Below are positions 8,901 to 17,653 of a stretch of DNA of 43,162 bases, piece by piece; the stretch's first letter is position 1; each line of letters opens with the position of its first letter. A program made the position numbers and the translations under genes. The stretch spans positions 1 to 43,162 of IMG/VR virus record IMGVR_UViG_3300034032_000034. One strand, given 5' to 3'. Under the pieces are notes generated by a model. The model saw nothing but the letters and a program-made list of their open reading frames with translations, did no database searches and was not told where the DNA came from. Source of the stretch: a virus (Duplodnaviria > Caudoviricetes).

Positions 8901-11414
8901 CGCCGGCACGTCCCAACTGTAGTTGGAGGCGCTGTTCGGGCGCTGGCCGAAGCTGCTCCACAGCGGGTTGGCGGAGGCCGGAACGCTTGCCACATCGGTA
9001 TACCAGCCCGCCGGCACCCCGTTGCTCGCCGCCGGCGTTGCAGGCTGCGCGGCCGAGCGGGTGAAGATCACGTCGACCGAGGCACCGTCGAGGCCGTTCG
9101 ATCCCCGCACGCTCGCCGTGATCGTCGCGGCGCCCGCGATGTTGAGCAGCCCTGCCTGCGCCTCGAACTCGATGCCGCCGGCGACACCTGCCCAGGTGTG
9201 GATGATCGCACCGTTCTTGGCGATGACGAGATCGGCGCCGCGGCGCTCGATCGAGAATGTGTCTCCGGCCGCCCAGGTAACGCCCGCGATCGCGAAGATG
9301 CTGCCGCCTTCGCGGCGCAGCAAATTCTGGTCGTCCTGCAGCTGAAGGCCATATTCGAGGCCGGACTCCGCGACGACACTGCCGGCGCCGGCGTCGAACC
9401 CGATGAGGTAATATTGGCCCGCAACCGTTGGACGGACCGAAATCGCCGCCGCTTTCTCCAGCGTGCGGACCCAGCTCCAGGCGCCATTGCCCGCCGGCTT
9501 GGTGAAATTGTTCCCGTCCCGGGCGAGCCCGGAAAGAACCGGCGTCCAGGCGATCGGCGCGTCGGCGCCGTTCTCCGCGAACTTGCCGGCGCCGAGCCAG
9601 GTCGGCGTCACCGTGCCGGTCGTGCCCTGCACCGAGGCGGTGCCCTTGGCGGCATAAAGCGGGTTGGTGCCCGCCGGAGGAAGCACGCTCCAGCCCGCCG
9701 GAGCGGTGAGCAGCTTGGTTGCGAAGTCGAACGAACCGCCCGCCGGAGTGGCGGGCTGCGCCGCCGCCCTCTGGTAAACCGTCACTTCCGCGACGGAGAG
9801 GCCGTTCGCTCCGTTGGTGCCGTTCGTACCATTGGTGCCGTTCGTGCCGTCGAGCCGTACCGGCGCCGACCAGGCCGTGACCAGCGCGCCGGCCGACGTC
9901 TGCTCCGCAACCGACAGCCACAGCGGATCTGTCCCCGCCGGCGGCAGTGCAGCCCACCCTGCCGGGATGCCGTTGCCCGCCGGCGCGGCGGGCGCGGCCG
10001 CCGCGCGCCGCCAGACGTGCTGCTTGAAATTGCCGGTGCCGCCGTCGTTGCCGATCGCGCGCACCGCCGCCGCGAAGGTCGCGCCGCCGTCCATCGAGTA
10101 GCGAAGCCACTTGTCGCCGTCCTGATACGCTCCCCAGGAGTTCACGCCGTCCGGGGACCATTCGACCAGGAGAGGCGGCACGAGCGGCGCCAGCGGAGTG
10201 GCCTCGGACAGCCCCTCGAGCGAAAGCGCGAGCAGGCTGACATTCTCGCCGACCTCGATCGAGAACTCCTTGAAGAAGCCGAACACGGTCAGGCTGTCCG
10301 CGCCGGCGTCGCCGATCCACAGGCACGGCCGCGCCCGCACGCTTGCGATCCGGTTCGCGACCAGGTCCACCGCATCGGTCCGGATCAGCGCCCGGGCAGC
10401 CATGCGCTTCGCCCAGGCCCGCTCGATTATGCTTACCGCGCCGAAATCGTCGGTTTCCTTGCGGCTGAAATCGGTGATCCCGGCGGTCGGGGACGCCTCG
10501 GTGACCCCGAGCTTGACCAGGCGCCCGGCGAGCAGCGTGCCGACCGAAACGGTGCCTGTCCCGCCGATCGTGACCACGATCTGGCCGTTGCCCGCGGGGA
10601 GCGCGAGGAAGGTGATCGGGCCGGCGCCGACGGCGACCGTCTGGTCGAAGGCGCCCTTCTGCACGCGCACGGTGGCGCCGGTCACGTCCAGCAGGGCGAG
10701 CGCGTCGGTGGCGCCTGCCGCCAGGGTGACCGAGATCCCGCCGGCGCGGCTCGTGGCCGTGCCGAGTGCGCCGTCGAACATCGCCCAGCGATTGGTCGGC
10801 CCGGCGTCGATCCACTGGCCGTTCGCCGCCGCCGGGTCGTTGCCGAGGTTTCCGGCCGCCGCGCTTTCGTAAATCCGGTGCGTCGCCGCCTTGATCACCC
10901 GCGCGCCGAGCGGGTAGCTGACGCCCGCCGCCCATTCGGGATGGTCGGCCTCGGCGACGTTGCTCGCCGCCAGCATCGCCCCGGCGATCGCCGCCGGCTG
11001 CAGCAGCAGCAGCGAGGAGGCCGAACCGGTCGGCGCCGGGTCCCCGCCCGGATCGGCGGCCGCCGCCGTCTCGGCAAGCCCTTCCACTGTCAGCGAGAAA
11101 TAGCTGATCGGCGGCACCGCCAGATCGAGCTCGAATTCCTTGTAGAAGCCCTGGACGTTCAGCCAAGCGAAGCGATCGTCGGCAATCCACTGCGCCGGCA
11201 CCGCCCGAAGCTCCGCCATCCGCCGCTGGACGCTTCCCGCCTGGTCGAACGGCAGTGCGAGCCGAACCGACATGCGGCGCGAGAAGCCCCGTTCCACCAC
11301 CGTGGTCACGCCGAAGTCGTCGGTGACCCGGCGGCTATAGTCGACGATGCCGATCGTCGGCGCCGCCTCGAGCGTTCCGAGCTCGATATCCGGGCCGGTG
11401 GACACTACCTTCAT
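5934..11414 (-). CDS. 1826-aa tail tip/fibre protein built from repeated modules with collagen-like GTN linkers
   Basis: Follows the tape measure gene; duplicated N-terminal GIxD(Y/F)SRxxTDDFG domain; four plus four internal repeats. Confidence 0.85.
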   Translation of the reverse strand: MKVVSTGPDIELGTLEAAPTIGIVDYSRRVTDDFGVTTVVERGFSRRMSVRLALPFDQAGSVQRRMAELRAVPAQWIADDRFAWLNVQGFYKEFELDLAVPPISYFSLTVEGLAETAAAADPGGDPAPTGSASSLLLLQPAAIAGAMLAASNVAEADHPEWAAGVSYPLGARVIKAATHRIYESAAAGNLGNDPAAANGQWIDAGPTNRWAMFDGALGTATSRAGGISVTLAAGATDALALLDVTGATVRVQKGAFDQTVAVGAGPITFLALPAGNGQIVVTIGGTGTVSVGTLLAGRLVKLGVTEASPTAGITDFSRKETDDFGAVSIIERAWAKRMAARALIRTDAVDLVANRIASVRARPCLWIGDAGADSLTVFGFFKEFSIEVGENVSLLALSLEGLSEATPLAPLVPPLLVEWSPDGVNSWGAYQDGDKWLRYSMDGGATFAAAVRAIGNDGGTGNFKQHVWRRAAAAPAAPAGNGIPAGWAALPPAGTDPLWLSVAEQTSAGALVTAWSAPVRLDGTNGTNGTNGTNGANGLSVAEVTVYQRAAAQPATPAGGSFDFATKLLTAPAGWSVLPPAGTNPLYAAKGTASVQGTTGTVTPTWLGAGKFAENGADAPIAWTPVLSGLARDGNNFTKPAGNGAWSWVRTLEKAAAISVRPTVAGQYYLIGFDAGAGSVVAESGLEYGLQLQDDQNLLRREGGSIFAIAGVTWAAGDTFSIERRGADLVIAKNGAIIHTWAGVAGGIEFEAQAGLLNIAGAATITASVRGSNGLDGASVDVIFTRSAAQPATPAASNGVPAGWYTDVASVPASANPLWSSFGQRPNSASNYSWDVPARVEGKDGTNGTNGLSVAEVSVYQRAAVQPAVPTGGSYDFSTKTLTAPVGWALVPPAGTDPLYQAKATASIQGTTGTATPVWAGVGRIAQDGANGTNGTNGTNGADGSAVDVIFIRSAAQPAVPAASSGVPAGWYTDVASVPASANPLYSSFGQRPNAAANWTWDTPARVEGQDGAAGKVAYIIPDYPQFPAAADGTITAGSNIRVRLFQENHSAAELAGLTWNASAFTATGATSVPLRTAAGGAVTATNQTEVYVNRADLANAQATLAVQINCTIGGKQRSTIITKTLSGADGAGVDAIFRRSAAQPATPAASTGVPAGWYTDAASVPASADPLWSSFGQRPNSTSAYVWDVPARVEGANGTNGTNGTNGTNGANGLSVAEVSVFQRAAVQPGVPSGGSYDFGTRALTPPGGWALVPPAGTDPLYQAKATASIQGTTGTATPVWAGVGRIAQDGANGTNGTNGTNGIDGAGVDVIFIRSAAQPGTPAASSGVPAGWYTDVASVPASANPLWSSFGQRPNSVSAYVWDVPARVEGANGTNGTNGTNGTNGAAGLSVAEVYCYQRATSAPAAPSGGSYNFGTQLLTPPTGWSTTLPNGSDPLYSSVGIASIQGTSGSATPAWGAPGKLAQDGSAIFVSADRTSFTYVNGVLTPSAQTATFAATLQAVSGTINWTAKNGAGVNIKAGTGTSFSVSTAELGANDFAIVQATIGAVSSSPILLLKQADPNADNTALSQVVVSIQQQVEISADYNGVATGLPKVLTPIVTRGGVDKRTDAGTTYALQNVGANLTGLTVNNVPGSADKGKVTLSSLTGSGTFQLVVTIGGIAQPPITVTVTRTTGTAPTGGGSGGTGSKGGGADIGGRTLTSTSYVEVFKLTGLTKAAGETIRSYASTDYDVIASTSLARSGLLKWRYAVAGSGSWTDFGAAVQGSEAIYNSQLASSEPGSAICNQSASPADGTYDVQLVAALSSKTGTEYLALHSTPISVAIGA
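7010..9850 (-). repeat. Intragenic module repeats (A x4, B x4) and 9-bp tandem GTN-codon repeats; boundaries approximate
   Basis: GLSVAEV..QR..GGS(Y/F)(D/N)F x4 and VDxIF.RSAAQP...YTD.ASVPAS x4; near-identical DNA at ~7597-7651 and ~8686-8740. Confidence 0.9.
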
Positions 11415-14400
11415 GCCGCGGCCACCGTTGCGATCGCGTCGCCGCCGCTCTGGTTCGTCACGTCGTCGAGCTTGCGTGCGATCCGGCCCGTATTGCCGGC
11501 GATCGTCGCATTGGCGACGTTGAGGTCGGCGCGCATCTGCACGAGCTCGCCCCGCACCTCGTCGAGTGCGGCCCGGAGGCCGTCGCTATTGTCGTTGGCC
11601 GCCGCCGAGGAGGGCTGACTGGTCGCCCCCGCGTCGAGCAGGGCGGCGTTGCTTGCCGGCGCGTTGCCGAGGCCGGCGACCAGGCCGAGCGTTGCCTCGA
11701 GGCTTGCGGCGGTCTGGGCCTGGACCCGGTCGAGCTCCTGCCGGCTGCGCGCCGCATCGGCCGCGGCCGCGAGCAGCGCCTGCGAAAGCTGGGGCAGGCT
11801 CTTGGCCGCATCCAGGTCGCCGCCGCGCGCCGCCGCGGTCGCCGCGTTGAACTGGCCCATCAGCGATTGGAAGCTGCCGCCGCCGGTCGCGTCGGTCAGG
11901 CCGCGGATCCGGCGCACCTCGTCCATTATCGTGTCGCCGACCGACGTCCACGCCTCGCGCAGCGCTTCGGCGGCCTTGGCCGCCTCCTGTGCGTCCTGCA
12001 TCGCCCACACCTGCTGCTGCAGGCCGCGGTTGCTTGCGTCGAGCTTGAGGAGGTCGAGCGCCCGGATCGCCGCCGTGTCGCCCTGCAGCTCGAGCAAAGT
12101 GCGCTCCAGCCCGGTCCGCTCGGTCAGGATGTCGGCCACGCTCTTGGCGCCGGCCATCGCTTCCTGAAGCTCGGCAAAGGCGGGGGCGAGCTGCAGCAGG
12201 GTCGCATAAGCGGCCTGGCCCGACGCGGTGGTCAGATCCTGCGCTTCCACCAGGCCCCGGAAGCCGGCAAGCGTCGCCGGCATCGCGAGGCCGAGGCTGT
12301 CGAACACCTTGCCGAGCTGGGCGGCGCGGGCCGCGTCCTGCTCCGCCTCCGAATAATAGTCGCTGAAATAGGCCTGCGCCACATCGGTCAGCGCGCCGAC
12401 GCTTTCGAACTGCGCGGCAAGGCCCATCTTGGCGTCGAGGCCGAGCGCGCGGGCGCCCATGCCGAGCTGGTCGAGCGTCACCGTCACCGCCTCCACGGTG
12501 GAGGCAACCCGCACCAGCGTCTCGAACGCGCCTTCGCCGACCTTCTGGAACTGCGCGATCATCGGAAAGGCGGCGGTGGCCATGCCGTCCGCCGCGGCGC
12601 CGAACACGGCGGCGAGCTTCTCCTGTATCTCCGTGCCGGTCAGGCCCTTGAGGTCGATCTTGCCGAGATCGACGACGAAGCCGTTGAGCCGGCTCTGGAT
12701 GTCGCCGGTGGCGGCGCCCAGCGGGCCCGCGGCCGCGACGATCGCATCGTTGAACGATCGCAGCAGCAGCCCGAACTGCGTCTCCAGCGCCCCGTCCGCC
12801 GCCTGGTATTGGGTGGAGGTCTTGGTGCTGGTCGTCAGGCCGAACAGCTTCTTCTTCTTCTCGATGTCGCTGTAGTAGGACGCGTCGAAGCCGCCGCCCA
12901 GGATGCCGCCGAGCGACTGCGGGCCCGCGGAAAGGCCGCTGCCGATTACCTTGGTGGTGGTGCCGAACAGATTGCCGATCAGGCCGCCGAGCAGCGGGCT
13001 CACGCTCAGCACGGATCCGACGAGGTTCTTCTTGAAGCCCTCGGTCACGCCGGCGTTGGCGCCGATGTCGCCGGCCCGCACCACCAGCGAGGCGAGCCCG
13101 CCGATCTGGTTTTCGATCGAGCGGAGGGAGGACGCCATTTCGCGGGCGTAGGTGTTGGTCAGCGTGTCGACCTCCTTCAGCGCATCGATCGCGTTCTTCA
13201 CGCTCTCGCTCTGCGCCTTGGGATCGCCGAAGACGGTGCCCGTCCCCGTGTTGGTCTCCTTCGGCGTCTTGCCGCCGCCGCCGAAGCCGCCCGCGATCGT
13301 GACGCCGATCGCCGCCAGCGCCGCAACGGTGGCCGCGCCGGCCGCGAGGTTGGCGGGAAAGGGAAGCGAGGCGATCGCCTTGGTCACCGCCTCGACCGCA
13401 TGGGCGGCGGTGCGCGCGGCGCTGCTCGCCAGCTTCTGGCCGGTCTCGATTGCGTCCTGGGCGATCGCCCGCACCGACATCGCGAACTCGACCGCGCGGA
13501 ACACCTTCTCGGCGGCGGCCATGGCCTTGTAGCCGTCGCTGCCTTCCTTGAAGAAGCCCTTCGCCGCGGTGGCCATGTCGCCGTAGAGGCCGATCTGCGC
13601 GGTCGCGGTCTTGAGCGCGTAGAGCTGCTGCTCGCGCGCCATGGCACGCTGGTTGTCGCCGATCTCGGCCAGCCTCGCCTGGTGCGCTGCATCGAGGCGC
13701 TCGCGATCGGCGTGGAACGACGTGTAGAGCGTGGCCAGCTCGCCGACCGCTCCGCCGGCTTTGCCGAAGGCTTCGCCGAGGCCCTGCCCGGCCCGTTGGA
13801 TGTTGCCGGCGATCAGGTCCCACCGGTCGGCCGCGAACATCAGCGCGTCGTTGTAATCGCGCTGGGCGGCGGCAAGCCGCTCGGTTTCGTCCGCGATCTG
13901 AACCTGCTGCGCGACGTAGGCCGCACGGCGCGCCGGATCGTTCAACGTCGCCTCTGCCTCTTGGGTTGCCTTGAAGGTGGCCAGCGCACGCACGCGCTCC
14001 GCGTCGGTGGCGCCCACCAGGCGCAGCTCCTCCCGCAACTCGCTGAGGCGGGCTTCGCCGGGCTTCATCGTCTCGTCGAACTGCGCCTTTTCCCCGGCAT
14101 CGAGGATCTTCTTCCTGATGCCGTAATATTCCTCCCACCGGGCCGTGGCCGTCTCGATGCCCTGATCCATGTTCTTGGCGAGGAACGCTTGCTTTTCCCC
14201 GAGCAGAGCCGCTTCGGCGCGCGCGGGGCCGATCAGGTCGTACATCGCCAGCTCGTCGCGTAGCGGCTGCATGACGTTGGCGTCGAACTCGGCGGCGGCC
14301 TGCTTGCCGAAAGCCGCCTCCCGCGCGGCCGCCGCCTGATCGAGCGCGACCTTCTGCGCCTCGGTCGGTGCCTTGAGGCGCTCGACCGCATCTTCCATCA

Positions 14401-16567
14401 GCCGGATTTCTTTGGCGGTTTTGCCAGACTGCGCGCCGGCCTTTGCCTGAGCGGCGATATAGCTGTCGGTCGCCTCTACCGCGGCCTCGTACTTCCGCTT
14501 CTGCTCGGCCGCCGCCCGGGCGGCTTCCGAATCCTCCTTGGCGGCGGCACCGGTCTTCTTCCAGGCGATATGGTAATGGCTGCCCTCGTCCAGCGTCTCG
14601 GTCAGCTTCACGCCGGCGGCGCGATAGGCGGCGACCAGCTTTTTCAGGGTAACGCCGTCGCCCTTTGCGACGTCGATCGCCTGGCCGAGCTCGTGGCTGC
14701 TGGTGCCCGGCTTTGCGGCGAGCGCAGCCCACGGCCCCTTCCCAGACTTGTACGAGACGTACTTTGCGTAAAGGCGCTCTTGCTCCGCCCGGGACCGAAG
14801 GTCGCTGGTGACCCGGCCGCCGACGCTCTGGGCGATCTTCCTGGCCTCGACCAGATCGATGTTTCGACCCATCTGGTTTGTCCCGGCAGCTGCACGCTCC
14901 ACCTCGCGGTGTGCCTCAATGGCAGCCGCCTGCCGGCGCTTGATCGCAGCTATCTCAACTGCGATTGCGTCCGCTGACATGTGCGCGGCAACCGCCTTCT
15001 TCTCCGCTGCAGTGATCTCGGCGGCGGCCTGATCATTGATTTTTGCAATCGGGTCCACCAGTGCCTCCGCACGATACCTGCCGAGCGCTAGGTTGGCGCG
15101 GTCCACAGCCTCTTGGGCGGTGATCGCTTCCGACTTAGCTTTGCCGAGGCGCTTCTCTATGTCTGGGATCGCCTCCTTGAGGTTCTGAATGCGGAACTGC
15201 CGGTTGAAGTCCGGTGACTTCGTGTCAGCTTGATCGATCGCCAACTGCGCCTTGGCCCGATCGAGAAGGGCGACGGTTTCTTCTCTGATCTTCAATACGG
15301 TGTCAGCCCTCTGGGCCGCACCCTTGACCGCGAGCTCGAGTGACTCTCGCTCACTTATCTGGGATGCTCGGAGCGCCTCGACTTGGTCGCGTATCGCTGC
15401 CGTGACACCTTCCTGAGTGGCGGCAAACTTCTCTTTGGCCCTGCCATTAGCGACAGTTTCCTCGGCATCTTTCTTCAGCTTGTTGACGGCATCGTCGAGG
15501 GCCTTGTTGTTCTTGAGCAGCATGTCGACGAACGGTGCCAGCACCAGCAGCCCGCCGGTGATCGCCAGGCCCCACGGCCCCATGAAGAACCGCGCGACGT
15601 TGCCGGCTTTGCCTTCGACCTCGGAAAACTGCCCGGCGAGCTGCGCGCCCTGGACGGCGAATGCGTTGATGGGGTTGGTCCCCATGCTGACTTGCGTCAT
15701 GAAGTCCTGGACCTGGTAGCTGGCGCCCTGCAGCGCCATTCGGTTCCGGGTCGCCGCCGCGGCGTTCCGCTCTTTGGCCGCGGTGGCGGCGTTGAGCGTG
15801 TTGGTCTCCATCCCGAGTTTCGCGACATACTGGTCCAGGCTGATCGCTCCGGCGCTGGTCAGCGCCCGGGCCTCGGCCATCTCGGTGTTGAAGCGGTCCT
15901 GCGCCGCCGCCGCCGGATCGACTGCGGCGATCAGCCGCCTGGCGCGGGCCTCCAGATCGGCCTTTGCTGCCGCGGCCGCGCGCACGGCCGCTTCTTCGTC
16001 GCGCATCGCGGCCACGCCCTGGCGGACGCGCGCCTCGAACATCTGGTGGGCGAAAGCCGCGTCGCGCAGCGCTTGAGCTTCCGCGTTCGTCGCCGCGACC
16101 GCCCGCGCAGTTGCTTCGGCCTGCGTTTCGGCCAGGGCCTTGGTACCTTGGGCGACCCTGCGCGACGAGGCGAACAGCCGGTCGGCGAGATCGGTGTTGC
16201 CCTGCTGGGCCGCGGAAAGCGCCAGGGTCTCGATCTTCGCTTCGCGCACCTGCTCCCGGGTCTTGCCGAGAGCCGCGGCCTCACGGTCTAGCTGGCGGAT
16301 CATACGCTCGCCGTCTTTTTCGACGGAATTCTTGGCCCGGCGAATGTTCTCAAGTTCGCGCGTAGCCGCCGAGCCGAAGCTGCGCATGTCGGCAGTCGCG
16401 CCGCCAAGGTTGAGCATCCCCCCGGTGGCGCGCTCGATGCCCGCCGCGCTTGCAACCATCTTTCCTTCGACCGAGTCCATCGCCCGCTGAAGCTGGAGCA
16501 GCTCCGCGAAGGAGCCGCCCGTGTCGATCGCGAAGCCGACCTCAAGGGTAGGCGTGCCGTCGTCCAT
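11411..16567 (-). CDS. Tape measure protein with internal peptidase M15-like domain
   Basis: 1718 aa, Ala-rich; lambda-type N-terminal YQVQDFMTQVSMG..P...QGAQL; RSRAEQERLY...AKPGTSSHELGQAID...HYH at ~14560-14830. Confidence 0.92.
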   Translation of the reverse strand: MDDGTPTLEVGFAIDTGGSFAELLQLQRAMDSVEGKMVASAAGIERATGGMLNLGGATADMRSFGSAATRELENIRRAKNSVEKDGERMIRQLDREAAALGKTREQVREAKIETLALSAAQQGNTDLADRLFASSRRVAQGTKALAETQAEATARAVAATNAEAQALRDAAFAHQMFEARVRQGVAAMRDEEAAVRAAAAAKADLEARARRLIAAVDPAAAAQDRFNTEMAEARALTSAGAISLDQYVAKLGMETNTLNAATAAKERNAAAATRNRMALQGASYQVQDFMTQVSMGTNPINAFAVQGAQLAGQFSEVEGKAGNVARFFMGPWGLAITGGLLVLAPFVDMLLKNNKALDDAVNKLKKDAEETVANGRAKEKFAATQEGVTAAIRDQVEALRASQISERESLELAVKGAAQRADTVLKIREETVALLDRAKAQLAIDQADTKSPDFNRQFRIQNLKEAIPDIEKRLGKAKSEAITAQEAVDRANLALGRYRAEALVDPIAKINDQAAAEITAAEKKAVAAHMSADAIAVEIAAIKRRQAAAIEAHREVERAAAGTNQMGRNIDLVEARKIAQSVGGRVTSDLRSRAEQERLYAKYVSYKSGKGPWAALAAKPGTSSHELGQAIDVAKGDGVTLKKLVAAYRAAGVKLTETLDEGSHYHIAWKKTGAAAKEDSEAARAAAEQKRKYEAAVEATDSYIAAQAKAGAQSGKTAKEIRLMEDAVERLKAPTEAQKVALDQAAAAREAAFGKQAAAEFDANVMQPLRDELAMYDLIGPARAEAALLGEKQAFLAKNMDQGIETATARWEEYYGIRKKILDAGEKAQFDETMKPGEARLSELREELRLVGATDAERVRALATFKATQEAEATLNDPARRAAYVAQQVQIADETERLAAAQRDYNDALMFAADRWDLIAGNIQRAGQGLGEAFGKAGGAVGELATLYTSFHADRERLDAAHQARLAEIGDNQRAMAREQQLYALKTATAQIGLYGDMATAAKGFFKEGSDGYKAMAAAEKVFRAVEFAMSVRAIAQDAIETGQKLASSAARTAAHAVEAVTKAIASLPFPANLAAGAATVAALAAIGVTIAGGFGGGGKTPKETNTGTGTVFGDPKAQSESVKNAIDALKEVDTLTNTYAREMASSLRSIENQIGGLASLVVRAGDIGANAGVTEGFKKNLVGSVLSVSPLLGGLIGNLFGTTTKVIGSGLSAGPQSLGGILGGGFDASYYSDIEKKKKLFGLTTSTKTSTQYQAADGALETQFGLLLRSFNDAIVAAAGPLGAATGDIQSRLNGFVVDLGKIDLKGLTGTEIQEKLAAVFGAAADGMATAAFPMIAQFQKVGEGAFETLVRVASTVEAVTVTLDQLGMGARALGLDAKMGLAAQFESVGALTDVAQAYFSDYYSEAEQDAARAAQLGKVFDSLGLAMPATLAGFRGLVEAQDLTTASGQAAYATLLQLAPAFAELQEAMAGAKSVADILTERTGLERTLLELQGDTAAIRALDLLKLDASNRGLQQQVWAMQDAQEAAKAAEALREAWTSVGDTIMDEVRRIRGLTDATGGGSFQSLMGQFNAATAAARGGDLDAAKSLPQLSQALLAAAADAARSRQELDRVQAQTAASLEATLGLVAGLGNAPASNAALLDAGATSQPSSAAANDNSDGLRAALDEVRGELVQMRADLNVANATIAGNTGRIARKLDDVTNQSGGDAIATVAAA

Positions 16568-16623
16568 CGCGCGCCTCCTTGCAGGTGGAGGGCCGCTGGG
16601 GAGCGGCCCTCGGATTTAGTCGG

Positions 16624-17043
16624 TCAGCCCAGCACCATGCGAAGCGCTGCTTCTGCGGCCTCGATCTCCCGCTGGGTGATCTCGGCGCGCCACGGCGGCG
16701 GGCAGGTTTCGCTTTCGGCGCGGCGGCTCTCGGAGAGGTAGGCCAGCGAGAGCTGCCGGAGCAGCCTCGCCTCCCACGGCGGCAGCGGTACGCAGGTCAG
16801 GCGCTGCCACTCGCCGATCTCGGCCCAGGAGAGGGGCGTGGCGCCCATCCCGTTGCTTCCGGTGATCCCGATCTCGACCAGACGCTCGACGATCTTGGGC
16901 GCCGGGTTCGGCGGCATCGGGGCCGGCACCTTGTCCTTCTTCAGCTGGTCCAGGCGGCTGAGTTTCGCCGCCTGGCCGCGCTGCGCCCGTTTGCTGCCTT
17001 CGGGCGGCTTCGGCGTGGCATGGAGCCACGCCATCTGCCGCAC
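16624..17043 (-). CDS. Tail assembly chaperone T part (-1 frameshift extension)
   Basis: PLSWAEIGEWQRLTCVPLPPWEARLLRQLSLAY motif; the frame is open back to the slippery site in the upstream gene. Confidence 0.8.
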   Translation of the reverse strand: MRQMAWLHATPKPPEGSKRAQRGQAAKLSRLDQLKKDKVPAPMPPNPAPKIVERLVEIGITGSNGMGATPLSWAEIGEWQRLTCVPLPPWEARLLRQLSLAYLSESRRAESETCPPPWRAEITQREIEAAEAALRMVLG

Positions 17044-17051
17044 GTAGAGCG

Positions 17052-17480
17052 TCAGGCCGCGACCGAGGCGGCCTTGAAGTTTCCCCAGTCGGCGACGAAC
17101 CTCGACACCTGCTTGGCGATGAAGCCGAGCGTCTGGTCCGCATAAAGGGCGGTGAACAAAGCGGTGCCCTCGGCATTGCCGGCGGGCGGATAGCTGAGGT
17201 TCTCGAAGCGGACGGTGATCGCCGCCAGATCCTCGGCCGCTTCGCGGACGCGGTCTTCCATCGGCGCGACGGTGATCTTGCCATCATTGTCCTGCATGCG
17301 CTTCACCGCACGGGTGGACTGGCGGCCTTCGACCAGGCCGAAAGCGGCGCTGCCGGGACCGTAGATCACGATCTGTACCGGCTTCTTGCGCTCGGCGTCG
17401 GCATAGAGCAGCTCGCCGGCCGCGTCCTTGAGGTGGATGGAAGCCGTATCCTGGACGGCCGTCTTGGTGATGTCGAACAT
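17052..17480 (-). CDS. Tail assembly chaperone G
   Basis: Between major tail and tape measure genes; ends ...DWGNF over a slippery heptamer. Confidence 0.8.
   Translation of the reverse strand: MFDITKTAVQDTASIHLKDAAGELLYADAERKKPVQIVIYGPGSAAFGLVEGRQSTRAVKRMQDNDGKITVAPMEDRVREAAEDLAAITVRFENLSYPPAGNAEGTALFTALYADQTLGFIAKQVSRFVADWGNFKAASVAA
17079..17085 (-). other. Programmed -1 ribosomal frameshift site G GGA AAC
   Basis: X XXY YYZ heptamer in frame; the -1 frame continues LQGRLGRGLTLYVRQMAW into the 16624-17043 ORF. Confidence 0.85.
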
Positions 17481-17504
17481 AGGTTAAGTGCCTCTCGCGG
17501 TAAC

Positions 17505-17539
17505 GGGACCCCGCCGAAGTACGACTTCGACGGGAACCC
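17505..17539 (-). promoter_or_regulatory. AAGT-N3-ACTT hairpin, copy 1
   Basis: GGGTTCCCGTCGAAGT-CGT-ACTTCGGCGGGGTCCC with two G-U pairs on the sense strand. Confidence 0.7.
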
Positions 17540-17545
17540 AAAGGT

Positions 17546-17590
17546 GCATCGACCCGCCCACCCGACCGCGACGGGCGGGCGGGCCGATGC
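17546..17590 (-). other. 19-bp RNA stem-loop after the major tail gene
   Basis: GCATCGGCCCGCCCGCCCG-TCGCGGT-CGGGTGGGCGGGTCGATGC; both non-Watson-Crick positions are G-U on the sense strand. Confidence 0.7.
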
Positions 17591-17653
17591 CAATGATCCG
17601 GCTTCGAGCCGGAATGGGGTTGAAAGGGGAAACTGCCCTGAGGGTGAGCCGCC

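Noticed and set aside
7255-9850. Repeats as a CRISPR array or DGR template/variable pair
   Set aside because: The repeats are in-frame coding modules; there is no repeat-spacer periodicity, no cas or reverse transcriptase gene and no evident adenine-specific mismatch pattern.
8254-14732. Very long alternative-frame and antisense ORFs (8254-11190, 8265-11618, 11586-14732, 11867-14263)
   Set aside because: Arg/Gly/Pro-rich shadow ORFs expected in high-GC coding DNA, overlapping clear tail genes.
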